64,000 nucleotides of DNA from the NCBI GenBank assembly GCA_012026655.1, contig JAAILG010000780.1:1-64000 (forward strand). The letters are read 5' to 3'. Under the pieces are notes generated by a model. That model made no database searches. It saw only the letters and a program-made list of their open reading frames with translations, and was not told the DNA's origin. The stretch is from Hydrolagus affinis (lineage: Eukaryota). Below are positions 24,401 to 37,040 of the stretch, piece after piece. The position numbers and the translations under genes are program-made. Each line of letters starts with the position of its first letter. The first letter of the stretch is position 1.

Positions 24401-25335
24401 GGTCAGACTGAGGAATGTTCCAACACCTAATCGGGCTTATTTTTTTAAAAAAAATCTTTAATTAAGAGAGGAATGAAATCGGGAGAGTGGGACTAAATTG
24501 CTAAATGTGGCTATATTATGATCCTCTGTAAATTTTTCTGGGCACTCACGGCTTCAGGAGAAAGTTCTTTGCATCCACAATGGGTAGCGATCATTTCCAA
24601 CTTTGTGGCCGGATCTCCTAAGGTGGAAACAGAAATGATAAGAAGCGATAAAACTGGCCATCCAACTGCAGAAAATACTTCAATCAAAATGCACGGCTCT
24701 GTGCAAGCTTGTCAGGCTGTATTTCTAGGAGCGTTTAAGATTTAAATTTTTTTTTCTCAACATTCACAGTTCAGATGATTCAATCCAATAGGTATTATCT
24801 AATGGAATGCTTTCATTGAGAGCGAGAGAGGCAGAGTGATTTTTTCTTAACACCTTATTACATTGATGCAACAATGATATGGTGCCCCATAAGCATCCCA
24901 GACCACTCGGCAGTGGTGGAATACAATGCAGAGCCAGGGAGAGGTGACCGTAAGCATGGTTGTAAAGGAAGAATTTTGGGCTCGACCTGAAGATGGGGAT
25001 GGAGAGGACAAGATGGAGGTTTAGAGGAAGAGTTCTGCAGAGTTTTTGGGTGAAGTGGCTGAAAGAGCAGCCGCCAATGGTGGAAGAGAGGGCAAAAGGA
25101 ACAAGCAGGATTAGGGCAAGATGCTGGCTGCATTAATATACATGACATTGGTGCTCAGCGGAATTGAGAGTTGAGTTTTACTTGTATCAGTGCCGTTCAA
25201 TTCTTCACAGTGATCCACGCCAAAATTCTGCTCTATGTTTGCTGCCATTGTGTGACCGTCCACTTCATCTTCAGTGAAGAAAGCTGCAGGACCAAGGAAA
25301 CCTGGGGCCATGGGAGAGGAGGCAGAATGAAACAT
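18493..25335 (-). CDS. Divergent tubby-domain protein (TULP family); complete C-terminal tubby domain, N-terminus uncertain (342 aa if started at ATG 25335)
   Basis: Minus-strand exons 25335-25182, 24617-24550, 24381-24205 ([35 protein letters not shown]), 23006-22894 ([25 protein letters not shown]), 21142-21031 ([19 protein letters not shown]), 20773-20675 ([18 protein letters not shown]), 19652-19481 ([18 protein letters not shown]) and 18626-18493 ([39 protein letters not shown]). All GT-AG with a continuous frame; intron positions in the tubby domain match recalled TUB/TULP genes. Confidence 0.9.
21583..22110 (-). mobile_element. L2 LINE 3' fragment with (TTG)n tail
   Basis: Minus-strand [18 protein letters not shown] plus the reversed tail acaacaacaacaacttcgatttatatagcgccctccacg. 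Confidence 0.8.
22280..22543 (-). mobile_element. tRNA-derived SINE
   Basis: Reversed SINE body (gcagccaattgtgcgcagcagtgtcccacaaacagtcgtggatt) and head (cccaggtctcttgcttgcgaggcaagtgctctaatcact). Confidence 0.8.
23478..24070 (-). mobile_element. L2 LINE 3' fragment
   Basis: [65 protein letters not shown]. Confidence 0.85.
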
Positions 25336-25679
25336 GTACTATTCTGAGACAAAGACTGGAGAGAAGCAAGGGAAAAAAAAGCATAGAGATACTGAATAGA
25401 GAGATGGAGATTTCACTCTCTCTGTGTGAGCCAAGGCATTTACAGGAAACCCATTCAACTGTGTGGGATACCATTAGCGTCTTGGGACGTCCTCCCAACG
25501 TTAAAGTCACTCTATAAATGAAATTTTGTTGTTGTTGTAAGTCCGACTCTGTCCTTCCCCACAAACACTTTGATCATCAGAAATAGCAACTCCCATTGTT
25601 TCCTCTCCTTCTTGGGTCATTGAGGTTGGTTGTAATGCACTAATCATCGCCTTACTCAATAATATAATAATAATAACAA

Positions 25680-26400
25680 CAAACAACAAAATTATACTTG
25701 TATAGCACGTTTCACGTCAGGAGGACATTTCAAGGCGCTGGACAGACATTGTTTCAGACCTGAGCTGAGGTCAGGGACTGGGAGGTTGGAGGGAAAGGGG
25801 GGATTTGGAGTGACCAATGGGACCATCAAAGAGGAGGGTCTTGAGGCAGGACTTGAAGGAGCCCAGGGAGGAGGCGAAGTGGAGGAAATGTGGGATGGAG
25901 TTCCAGAGGTTGGGGGCAGAGTGGCTGAAGGCTCGCCCTCCAATGTTGGGGCGGGTGGGTTGGGGGACATGGAGTAGGCCGGAATAGGGCTTCAAATGTG
26001 AGGACTAGGATCTTGAATTGGATCCTCTGGGTGATGGGGATGCAATGGAGTCAGGCAAGCATGGGGGAGATGGAGCCACGGAGCTTGAAGTAGTAGAGAA
26101 CATAGGCCACAGAGTTCTGGATTATCTGCAACCTGTGGAGGAAGGAATTGGGAAGGCCGACAAGCGTTTGGGCATTTGCGTAGTCAAGCTGGGATGTATG
26201 AAGGCATGAATGAGTGTTTCAGTGGCCATGGGAATAAGGTAATGGCGGAATCAGGCATTATTGCAGAGGTGAGGGAAGGCAGAGTGAGTCATTGCTTGGA
26301 CGTGGTGGAGGAAAGACAGTTGAGGATCAAACAAGACACCTATGTTCCTGACTGGCTTGGTGAGGTTGAGTGTACAACCATGGAGATTAATGCTGGCAGC
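25680..26400 (-). mobile_element. L2 LINE 3' fragment
   Basis: GGRAFSHSAPNLWNSIPHFLHFASSLGSFKSCLKTLLFD plus the L2 tail. Confidence 0.85.
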
Positions 26401-27904
26401 GCCTGATGTGTAACAATAGTAATCCTTGCATTTGATTCAGCGGCCTATCGGTTGCCGCAAAATATACAGTCAATTCACATTACACTATAATCTGTGAAGT
26501 GCTTTGAAATGTGTTGAAAACTTGATAAGGCTCTATATCAAATGCAAAGATTATTATTATTATCACGTTGAAATGTCTAAAAGCACTTCACATAATGCAC
26601 TGTAAGGTGGAATGACCATGTATTTTGTGGGCGAAACGCGCCAGCTAATTGTGCACAGCATTATCCCACAAACAGTTGTGGATTTTGAGGGGATTCTTAC
26701 CCCTGGAAAGCAACCTGCCAATCGTCTAACAACCAGGTTCCTACTTACTGCTAGGTAAACAGAGGGGTGTGAAGTAAGGAAAGTTGTCTTAAGTTTTGTA
26801 CCGGCTGAGAATTGAACTCATTTCCTCTCACTTGTGAGGTGACCAATCATTCCACTATTCCATGGGTTTGAGTAGCAACTAACTCAGATAGATTTCCTCC
26901 CTTCACTGCTAAAGGAGGTTGTTTGTATGGGTGTTGTGCGTTAGAAGGATGCTGTGATACTGATGGATCTGTAGCTGAGTGGAAAGCAGGAAGGAAATGT
27001 GGATTTGACAGCACTAGATTTCTAAATGTATCTGACCTCGGAGTCTGTTGCGTTGCTTCTTATTCTTGCGAAGGAGCGGTTGATCCTCTGACACAATTCG
27101 GAAATGACTCAACATCCTGAGGTGCCTCGTATTTCTGGAGCTTTTCATGTCACTTGAAAGAGAAGATGATCTGGTTAAAGCAGGGAATACAAGTCACTTT
27201 TGTGAGTTGCATTAATTCATGTGAAACCAATGCCGACAATAGAAACAATTTGCTTTTACGTAGAAAAACGTCTCAGAGCTTTCCATAAAGATAGCAAAAA
27301 AGTGCATTTATATAGTGCCTTTCATGGTGGGAGGATGTCCCAAGATGGTGAAAGACAGCATGCAACACACAGTGGAAACACACACTGGAAGTGGAGTTAT
27401 AACTGTTATCTAAGTAAAGAAGTGTGAAATCATGGAGGTTTCCACTTGTTCTCAATGGCCATACATATGCATACCCTCTATCACGACAACCTGCACCATG
27501 GTCTGACTGCAGACTTCTGAGGTGAGACAGAAACAATGGCTAGTTCTGAGTAAACATCATCCACAGACACGGGGTAAACTTCCAAATGTTTCCAGGTTAC
27601 ATACAAATCTACTTCTCTTCCAGCTGCGACTCCAGGTCTGCCGAGGTTCTGTTGGCTTGTCTGGCAGACATCAGGGCCTAGGTGTGTCCAAACTTCTTGG
27701 AACTAAAGGTCAACAAGGTGGAAGTCATACTCCTGTGACTCTGAACTCCTTAACCTCCCTGGCCCTCAGACGCACTGAACCAGTGTGTAATCTTGACCCA
27801 CAGATGTTCATCTTATCCCACAACTGGTCCCTGACTAGGACCACCTTCCTGCACCGCTGCCATATTCCACACCTTTGACCGTACCTTACCCCAGACAGCC
27901 CAGA

Positions 27905-28690
27905 ACTCATTAAAACTAACAGAACATTCATATGGGAAAAAGAACAGCTGCAGATATTTAATAAAATAAAAGCTGCCATTACTATAGCTCCGGTATTGAA
28001 ATTTTTGGATGTACCGGTTACGATATCTGTCAATGCAAGTAAAGCAGGAATAGTTGCTGTATTAAAGACCATAGCATATGCATCAAAGGCTCTATTAGAA
28101 ACCAAGAAAACAATATGCCCAAATAGAAAAGGAATGATTGGCTGTTGGATTTGGATGTGAAAGGATTAAGTAGTATGTGTTTGGAAAGAAAAATGATTAT
28201 AGAAAATTATCATAAACTGTTAGAGGCCATTTTAAGAAAAGGACTCAACAAAATGCCTCTAATTCTCTAGCAGACGCAAATAAGATTACAAAGCCAAGGG
28301 GAGATACTACATGTGGCAGATGCCCTAAACCTGGCTACCAACCAAGATGGGAGTGAAAAGTACTAGAGGAGAGGATGGAATTCAAGTGTGGTAAACTACA
28401 ACAGCAACCAGGCAGGAGAAGAAAATACGAGAGGAAAACAGAAAAGATGAAGCAAGCATAGCACTTCAGAAGATGGTGAAAAAAGGATGGCCTGAGAATC
28501 GAAGGGATGTACTGGAAGAAATCCGTCCACATTGGGACTATAGGCAGGAAATATACCAGCAGAAAAGTATTATATACAGAGGAGATTGTGTAATAATCCT
28601 GAGAGAATTAAGGAAGAAAGTGCTAAAGAACATACATCACATGAAGGACACTGGGGAATAATTAAAGCAAAAAGGACAAGAGGGATGGTA
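27905..28690 (+). mobile_element. degenerate Gypsy/Ty3 LTR-retrotransposon pol fragment (RNase H to integrase linker)
   Basis: Broken frames give FNKIKAAITIAPVLKF..VTISVNASKAGIVAVL..IAYASKALLET (RNase H-like) and VKKGWPENRRDVLEEIRPHWDYRQEI..IIYRGDCVIILRELRKKVLKNIH; stops and frameshifts are present. Confidence 0.85.
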
Positions 28691-28857
28691 TTTTTGCCAC
28701 CCTCTGTAATGACTGATAAGGAGAGCCTTGGCTGCTGTATTGTAGGATAACTGGTGAGTCTCCTGGGTTTGCAACCTTTCCACACTCCAAATAGGAATCA
28801 GTGCAACTGACCCATAAGCCATCACGACTCATGGAGTCCTGTCGCATATTGGTTAGA

Positions 28858-29430
28858 CAACAACAACAAAATGACCTTTATAGAGCACCTTTCACATCAG
28901 GAGGACGTTCCAAGGAGCTGAACAGTTAGGTCGGGATCCGAGCAAGGTGGAGGGAAGGGAGAAAGTTGGGAGGGCGGCGTAAGGCACGATCGAACAGGAA
29001 GGTCTTGAGAAGGAGGCAAGGGACGAAGCGAGGTGAAGGGACTGTGGGATGGATTTCCAGAGTGTGGGGACAGAGAGGCTGAAAGCCAGTCAACCGATGG
29101 TAAGGTAGGTCGGGCTAGGGACATGGAGCAGACTGGAGCCGCTGAATGGGGGTGAGCAGGTTCATAGGGAGACAGCAGGTCGGAGAGATAGGAGGGGGCA
29201 AGGCCATGAATGGCCTTGAAAGTGAGGACGAGGATCTTGAATTCGATCCTCTGAGGGATGGGGAGCCAATGGAGCCGGGCAAGGGTGGGAGTGATGTGGT
29301 CGCGGAACTTGGTGCAGGTGAGGACAGGAGCTGCAGAGTTTTGGATGATCTGCAGCTTGTGAAGGGAAAAGCCCGGGAAGGCTGATGAGGAGGGAGTTTA
29401 CATAGTCGAGCCTTGATGTGATGAATGTGT
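28858..29430 (-). mobile_element. L2 LINE 3' fragment
   Basis: IHTFITSRLDYVNSLLISLP on the minus strand plus the reversed L2 tail. Confidence 0.8.
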
Positions 29431-29439
29431 GGATATGGG

Positions 29440-29788
29440 TAGTCGCCTCGGAAGCGAGAGCACCTTGGTTTGATTCCCAGGCAGTGTGAAAAGTTAGGCA
29501 AGGTTCCTTAATCCACACGACTCTGTTCACCTAGTAGCAAGTAGGAACCTGGTTTTTAGTCAATTGGTGGATCGCTCTTCCAGGGATAATAATCCCTTCA
29601 AAAATAAAAATAAATACGAATTTGGTCACTCAATTCACGACTGTTTGTAGGACACTGCTGTGTGTAATTGGCTGTTACGTTTTGCCCACAAAATATACTC
29701 AATTCACTTTACAGTGTATTCTGTGAAGCACTTTGAGATGCTTCAAAGACGTGATAAGGTGCTATATCAAATGCAAGGATTATTATAA
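29440..29788 (+). mobile_element. tRNA-derived SINE
   Basis: gtttgattcccaggcagtgtgaaaag..ggcaaggttcctta..ttggtcactcaattcacgactgtttg..tatcaaatgcaaggattattat. Confidence 0.8.
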
Positions 29789-29947
29789 CATGATTGATAG
29801 CCGTACATCATCTTAACAGACCATTAGCAAGGATCCACACTACAATACTGTACATCAAAACAACATACTGCAAATGGACACAAATCAGCAGTTTAGCACA
29901 GCGCTTATCAGTAAAAACCAGCAGTGAACTTAACAAAGCCACCCTAC

Positions 29948-30100
29948 CTTGTGCAATGTGTAGCGCGGCTGGGTTTCTGATCATAGGAGTAGTTCCTCTC
30001 CATTTTCCTGGCCAGCTGCTCGATTATGGATTTGGATTTGAAATGAGAATCAGTGGAAGTGAAGGCAAATTCACCGAAGTAAACATTGCAGAATCAATAC
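29948..30100 (-). other. candidate 5' exon of the tubby-like gene (MERNYSYDQKPSRATHCT..)
   Basis: AG acceptor at 30102-30101, ATG at 30003 in gaaaATGG context, donor AG|gtaggg after 29948. No homology support and no clean in-frame join to downstream exons established. Confidence 0.3.
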
Positions 30101-30255
30101 CTGATATTTGAGGTAATCAAGTGCTCAAATCATTCTCATGGTGAAGTAAGCTTGATTTATGGAAGTGACCTGGGTTGAAAACTTTTTTTTCCACATTGCC
30201 ACAAAACTTTGACCGGTTGTGCAAAAGGAGTGTTTTATGACCTCTTATCAATGTG

Positions 30256-30285
30256 GTTGCCCTAGAAACACTGTTTAGTTAAACA
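30256..30285. promoter_or_regulatory. RFX X-box plus forkhead sites, candidate promoter of tubby-like gene
   Basis: GTTGCCCTAGAAAC (30256-30269) followed closely by TGTTTA (30272-30277) and TAAACA (30280-30285). Confidence 0.45.
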
Positions 30286-31338
30286 TCCACATCTCACATT
30301 GCAGGGTGGCTTGATACAAGCATTCTTATCCTGAATAATGTTTTAGAAAGTGGGATATGTGTGGGGCCCACCAGGAATCACCTCAGAGCTATAGTGCCAG
30401 CTTACTGGGATTCACAACAACAAGCTTTCTTGAGGGGAAAATGGGACGTTCAGGTTAACTCTACCAAACCTTTCCTGCACTGCTTATTATCAAAATGAGT
30501 AACACCTTCAAATATTTGGGAGTAGCTTGCTTGCCATCACCTCTTAGTCAGAGTATATTGCATGGTTGGAGGCGGGGGCCTGTATTGATTTCACAAAATT
30601 CAAGGCAGTAATTGGAGTCCCTGCTATTGGCTTTAGGGGGCAGGGCTAGAATACGGGACTGAGAATAGTCCATTTTTCCATGCCTCAATTCACCAATCAG
30701 AAAGCCCTCCTAGGAATGCTTCATACATAATTGCCATCAAATAACATCAGTAAAATCCCAGCCACAGCAATTAGATCAACGACCAATTTTTCTGGTGAAT
30801 TGTTAGCCAGAACATTTATCTTTTCTGATAGTGGCTTGGAAACTAGGCAGTTTGGACTATGAGCTCAAGGGCAAGGATGCACCTGGGGACGTCCTCCTAG
30901 CATGAAAGACATACAAGTGTAATTTGTACATTTGATTACCCTAATGGTGGGGCAGACAGGGTGGGGACGTGAAGTAGGCCACAGCCTGCTTAGCAGAGGC
31001 AGTGGACAGGTTGATATGGAGTCAATAGGTTGCAGAGGTAGTAGAGAGGAGCATGGCCGTGGAGGGCCTTGAGGATGAGGATTTTGAACTGTATCCTCTG
31101 GAGGACTTAAGAAGCAGAGTTCGGGATAATCTGGATGGTCTTTAAGTCGGATTTGGAAGTGGCGAGGGAGGGGGCAAGGTGGAAGGGATTGAGGGAGCAA
31201 GTTCCAGAGCTTTGGGCTATAATGGCTGAAAGCGCAGCCACTGATAGTGGAGCGGCAAAGACTAGGGACAATAATAATACTAATCCTTGCATTTGATATA
31301 GTGCTTTTTATGTCTTCTAGACATCTCAAAGCGCCTTA

Positions 31339-31900
<562 letters not shown>

Positions 31901-32399
31901 CTTTTCATTGTCTTCCAGACATCTCAAAATGCTTCACAGAATATACCATAAAGTGAATTGACTGTATATTTGTGGGCGAAGCGTGACAGCCAATGGTGCA
32001 CAGTAGGCGCTATATCAAATGCAAGGTTTATTATTTTTACTGTAGGTTGATCATACTATGCCACCAGATGGCAGCAGAATATTTCAAAATCATATTGAAG
32101 CTACTACTTCTACTTGGGCAGAAATGCCTTGCATCACTAATAATGTGCACAACAGCAAGTACAACAACAGCAGCCTACCCAGTTCTACCTGCGTATCTCA
32201 AAGCAATTTATAATGACATATCTACTGCTTAGGGCAAAAAAAATTGGGTATGCATAATTTACGCATTGTCAACATCAACATAAAGTTTGGCACTCTTAGG
32301 TCAACAACTTTTCAAGTTCCTAATAGCCCAACAACAATAACAAAATTACATTTGTACAGCTTCTTTCATGTCGGGAGGATGCCCCAATGTGCTGAAGCG

Positions 32400-33360
32400 T
32401 ACATTGTGTCAATGCCACTTATGTCAGCAGGCCCTTATCCTAACTTGGGAGGGAGGGAGGGAGGGAGGGAGATAGGTAGCAGGCGGGCAGGCTGACGATT
32501 GAGCGTGAAAGTGGGTGAGTGAGGTTCACGAATGCATAGACGAATTGTGACATGTGGGTGTATGTGGGCAAGTTCAGCTTATAAAATAGCTGTGCCGTGA
32601 ATGCCGTTCATACTGCTGTAGCATGATGGTTAACGACGACTGGAATGAATTGGAAACATTTCAGAATGGAAAGTCCACAAAAGAAGTCTGCCAAACCTTC
32701 TCTGTGAAGCACAACACCCTTCACCATTGGCTGAAATCTGCCTTAATCTGTCATAGGGCCGAGTACCAATAAAGGGACACATGTGTTGCAGATAAAGAAA
32801 ACAAAAACAAAAACTAAAATATGAAGATGTTGTGGATGCAATTTGGGTTAATGAAAAACTTGACGAAAATTCCACAATCATAATTGGTAGTGAAACGTTG
32901 TTTGAGAAGACCAGATTTTTGCCGATGAGCTAGGCATGTAAAATATCACCATCATCGATGGGTGGTTCAGTCACTTCAAGGTCTTGGGTAGAGAAACAAT
33001 TGCTGTGAGGGTAAGTCTGCTGATATGCCTTGCTTCGAGTAGTGGAGGCCTATCTGCTGGAAATTCTGCAGGACTACAATTTGTACTTTCGACGAAACCT
33101 CCTTGTTTTTCAACTGCAACCCGGCCAAAACTTGTGGGTTTAAGAAAATGCTTCTATTTACAGCATTTTGCACAAAATAGATGTAAGTAAATGCTTTTAA
33201 TTACTGTTTTTTTAATTCAAATACATATAAATAAGCAATTCACCAATTTGTAATTGACAGCAATTTATAATCAGAGTGCATAAGTCTGCGTTGTTCGTCT
33301 GTTTATGTGAACAAAATTGGAATGGTCCCCAACATGTCAACATAAGTGGGTAGTACTGTA
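32400..33360 (+). mobile_element. degenerate pogo/Tigger DNA transposon remnant
   Basis: KRKQKQKLKYEDVVDAIW (CENP-B-like HTH), GWFSHFK and FDETSLFFNCNPAKTCGFK (DDE first-Asp motif DETxLF); Tigger-like end ...gggtagtactg-TA at about 33360. The 5' boundary is uncertain. Confidence 0.65.
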
Positions 33361-33808
33361 ATTATATACTGTACTGCCTTTTACACAGAGTAGCATCTCA
33401 CATAATCTGTACCTGTCCCCAGAATCCAAAATGACACCTAAGTGGGACATTTATGCAGACGTTTATTTCCTCTTTCCAGTATGTTTTCTAAAGCCATTAA
33501 TATCACACCATCATAAGAGTTTCAGCAGAGGAGAAGCCACTCACATTCATTGTGCCTTTGCTAGCTACAGTATAGTCATTGGATAGAAACACCATAGCCC
33601 AAAATATTTAAAACATTGCGGCATAGATTATTGAATGATCAGGGTGAAAGTAGCTCCAATAAAAACCCCCAGCAGTTTCCTCATAATGCAGTCAGTCCAG
33701 TAAATTACAGATGAATAGCTATGTTAATGGTGCTTATGGTTGTTGTGAAACCATGGATATCCCCCAAGTTTTAGGGAAACTGACACATTAATCAAAGATT
33801 CTTGGTTT

Positions 33809-34157
33809 AGTCCTGTAGCTCAAGCGAGAGACCTGGGTTTGATTCCCAGCAGTACAATACGTTGGGCAAGTTTGCTTACTCCACACACCTCTGTTTACCT
33901 AATACTGTAGTAAGTAGGAACCTGTTTATTAGTCGATTGACGTATCCCTTTTCTGGGGGTAATAATTTCATCAAAAAAACAATAAATTGGTTACTCAATC
34001 CATGACTGTTTGTGGGACACTGCTGTGCGCAATTCACTGCTGCATTTCCCCAGCAAAATATACAATCAATTCACTTTACAATATATTCTGTGAAGCGCTT
34101 TGAGATGTCTAAAAGACATGATAAGTTACTACATCGAATGCAAGGATTATTATTATT
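33809..34157 (+). mobile_element. near full-length tRNA-derived SINE
   Basis: agtcctgtagctcaagcgagagacctgggtttgattcccagc...caaggattattattatt. Confidence 0.85.
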
Positions 34158-36429
34158 AATCTCAGTGTGCCTCACACTGTGCTTGTGTGGAACAAATGGA
34201 TGAAGGTTGGCCTTGTCACTCTGGAGTGAGTCAACATGTATTATTCACACAGCCACTGAAACCAGAATGTGCCACGATAAGATCAGATTCTTCACCATTT
34301 TTTACCATAGCTCATGTGAGCTACACGTTTATCTGATCAATCTAACCTTTAGTTCAGGACATAGCCAATCTTTTTGAAAAGATGCCAACATGATCTATAT
34401 AGTCACACCACAACCCATCATACCAAATCTGGTCCCTAATCACACCAGATCGAGACTATCTCCATTGGCTCCCCATCACCGAATGGTGGGTCAATTTCAA
34501 GATCCTCACACTCATTTTCAATTCCTTCCATGCGGTGCCAGCTCTGTATCTATCCCTCCGACCTGCTTATCCCCAAACCCACAACCCGCTGCCTCCACTC
34601 CAATGACTCCAGCCTTCTGCAAGTCCCTCAGCCCTCCGTTTCACCATTGGTGGCCATATTCTCAGCCACAACAACAACTTTCAATTATATAACACCCTTC
34701 GTGCAGGGTAGCATCTCAAAGTGCTTAAACTACGCCCCAAAACTCTGGAACACTATCACTGTATCCCTCCACCTTGCCCCCAACTTCGTCATTTTCAGGT
34801 TGCGTCTGAAGACTTTCCTATTCGACCGTGCTCACTGTCACCTCCCCCTCCCCATAGCTCAGAGTCAGGTTCCAACACTGTCAAACACTCTGGGACGCAC
34901 CACTACCAAGCATGAGGGGTGGTGTATAATTGCAGTGTCTTGTTATGGAGGCTGAGCTTCAATCAAGTTCATAGCCTGAAGGTTGTAGGAGGAAGGGAAG
35001 ACCTATGGAAGTGAGGACTTCCAATCTTAAGCTCCAGAGTTAAGAGCAGGAGACACTGTGATAAGCTTTGATTTCAATGCAGTGTAGATGCAGGGAGAGG
35101 GAGTACCTATTTAAACTTGTGAAGAGCAGAGGAAGGTTGATAGGAAATCAATCACAGTGTTATCAACAAAATAAGGAATCACAAGCAAAGTTGCTACAGG
35201 GAAAATGTGCTTGAGGATTACGAGGAGGAAATATAAAAAAACTAAATTAGAAATACAGTCCATAGTACAACAGATTGAAGTTACAACAACAACCTGGATT
35301 TATATAGCGCCCTCCACGCTGAACGTCTCAGAGCGTGTCTCATAGCGCTTCCCAATAATGGATCCATTTTCTTTCATGCTATATTTGCCCACAAAAAAAT
35401 CAATCCACTTTAGAGTGTATCCTGTGAAGCGCTTAGGGACGTCCTCCTGATACGAAAGGTACTGAACCAAATACAGCATAAGGATTGTTGTTATTATTTG
35501 ATGGGAGCCTTTTCCACTGGTTTACTGTTTCTGAGAGACTTACACAAATGATTTAGAATGCAAACACATGAATGTGGAATGTGTTACAATTATCAAATAA
35601 GTCTTTAGAAATTCCTCACAAGGAACTATGTCTTAATGTTTGTTAGTTTCAATACTGTGACAGGGGGATAAACCTTGTCACTGCCTTTTATGGTTATTGG
35701 CGATCAACCAATATATAAAGGGCTAGACTTTACATGTGGTAATTGGGCAAAAGCCCTTAAAGGATAATTGAGCCCCAGGATAATGCTGGGGACTTAAAAG
35801 TGTAAGAGGGAAGTCTGGAGAAGGCAGATATACAAAGATAGAACTTCCTTGTTAAAATAAACCTTTCCTTTTTGTTAAAACTATTAAGCAAATTTTTGTT
35901 TTTGGACGTGACCAACGCTCTCCTACAAATACAAGTTATATGTTTTATGTTATTTACCACCTAAAATGCTAAGCAAAGGATAGCGCAGAAGGGGATCAAG
36001 CATGCAACCTTCATAATTTGGGTGGGTCAGACCAAACAAAAGAAGTTTTAACCACCAAACTCAGACCATGTACTGGAATTTGCTCTTTAAAATGTGCGGA
36101 AGGGAAAGTCCCAGATCCAGTAATACATCAAGGTTTCAATATTGCAGGAACCACATCTGATTCGTGTTTCACCCCCGCCCAAACATTCCCCTCCCAGCTC
36201 GGGTCACACTCCCCCTGTGCAGCGCCTTGGGACGTCCTCCCGACGTGAAAGGCGCTCTATAAATGTAATTTGTTGTTGTTGTTGTTGTTGATAACACCCT
36301 AGATTAGATTTCTTAATGTTACTTCTTACCCAAAGAGGAACTACAGTAACTTCAAATTCAAATCACTGTAGTTATTGTGGGTGGTGGGAGGAAAAAACAA
36401 ATGTTTTTCCTCCTGCCTCTGTCCAGTCA

Positions 36430-37040
36430 CCTACAGGGTCTCCAAGGCTATATCCATGCCCCCCACTCTTTTGCTTATCTGCTTGATCCCTCTCAGCGTT
36501 GTCATCTGCAGACTTCCACATAAATGCGGATGACACTCAAATCTACGTCTCTAGCTGTAACTCCCAGTCGCTGATGTTCTTTCAGTTTGTTTAACAGACA
36601 TCAAGGCCTGGATGAGCACAAATTTCCTGCAGCTGAATGTCGGCAAGACAGAAGCCATGCTCTTTGGTTTCCATCAATGTTGTCTCCCGTGCGGTTCTGA
36701 ACTTCTCAACCTCCCCAGGCTTTCCCTCAGATTCGCCGAAGCCGTGCGCAACTTAGACATCAGGTTCTATCCCCAGCTTTCCTTTATACCTCACATTCCT
36801 TTCCCTGAGGACTGCTTTTTTCCACTCAGTCACTTTGACCACCTCGGTCTGTACCTCACAACAAAAGCAGCCAAAATTCTTGTTCACACCTTCGTCATTT
36901 CCTGGCTGGACGATTGCAATGCTCCCCTCACTGAGCTCCCCAGCTTCACCATACATGATCCAATTAATTAAAAACTCTGCAGCTCGGATAGACAACTGCA
37001 CAAAAGTCTATACCCCCATCAAATCAGTCCTTGCCAATTT
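36430..37040 (+). mobile_element. L2 LINE reverse-transcriptase fragment
   Basis: ADDTQIY (YADD-like) and DIKAWMSTNFLQLNVGKTEAMLFG..VRNL; frameshifted. Confidence 0.85.

Noticed and set aside
27590-27720. Exon-like segment on the minus strand with donor TTT|gtatgt
   Set aside because: No acceptor and phase combination joined it to the tubby frame without stops, and no homology was recognised.
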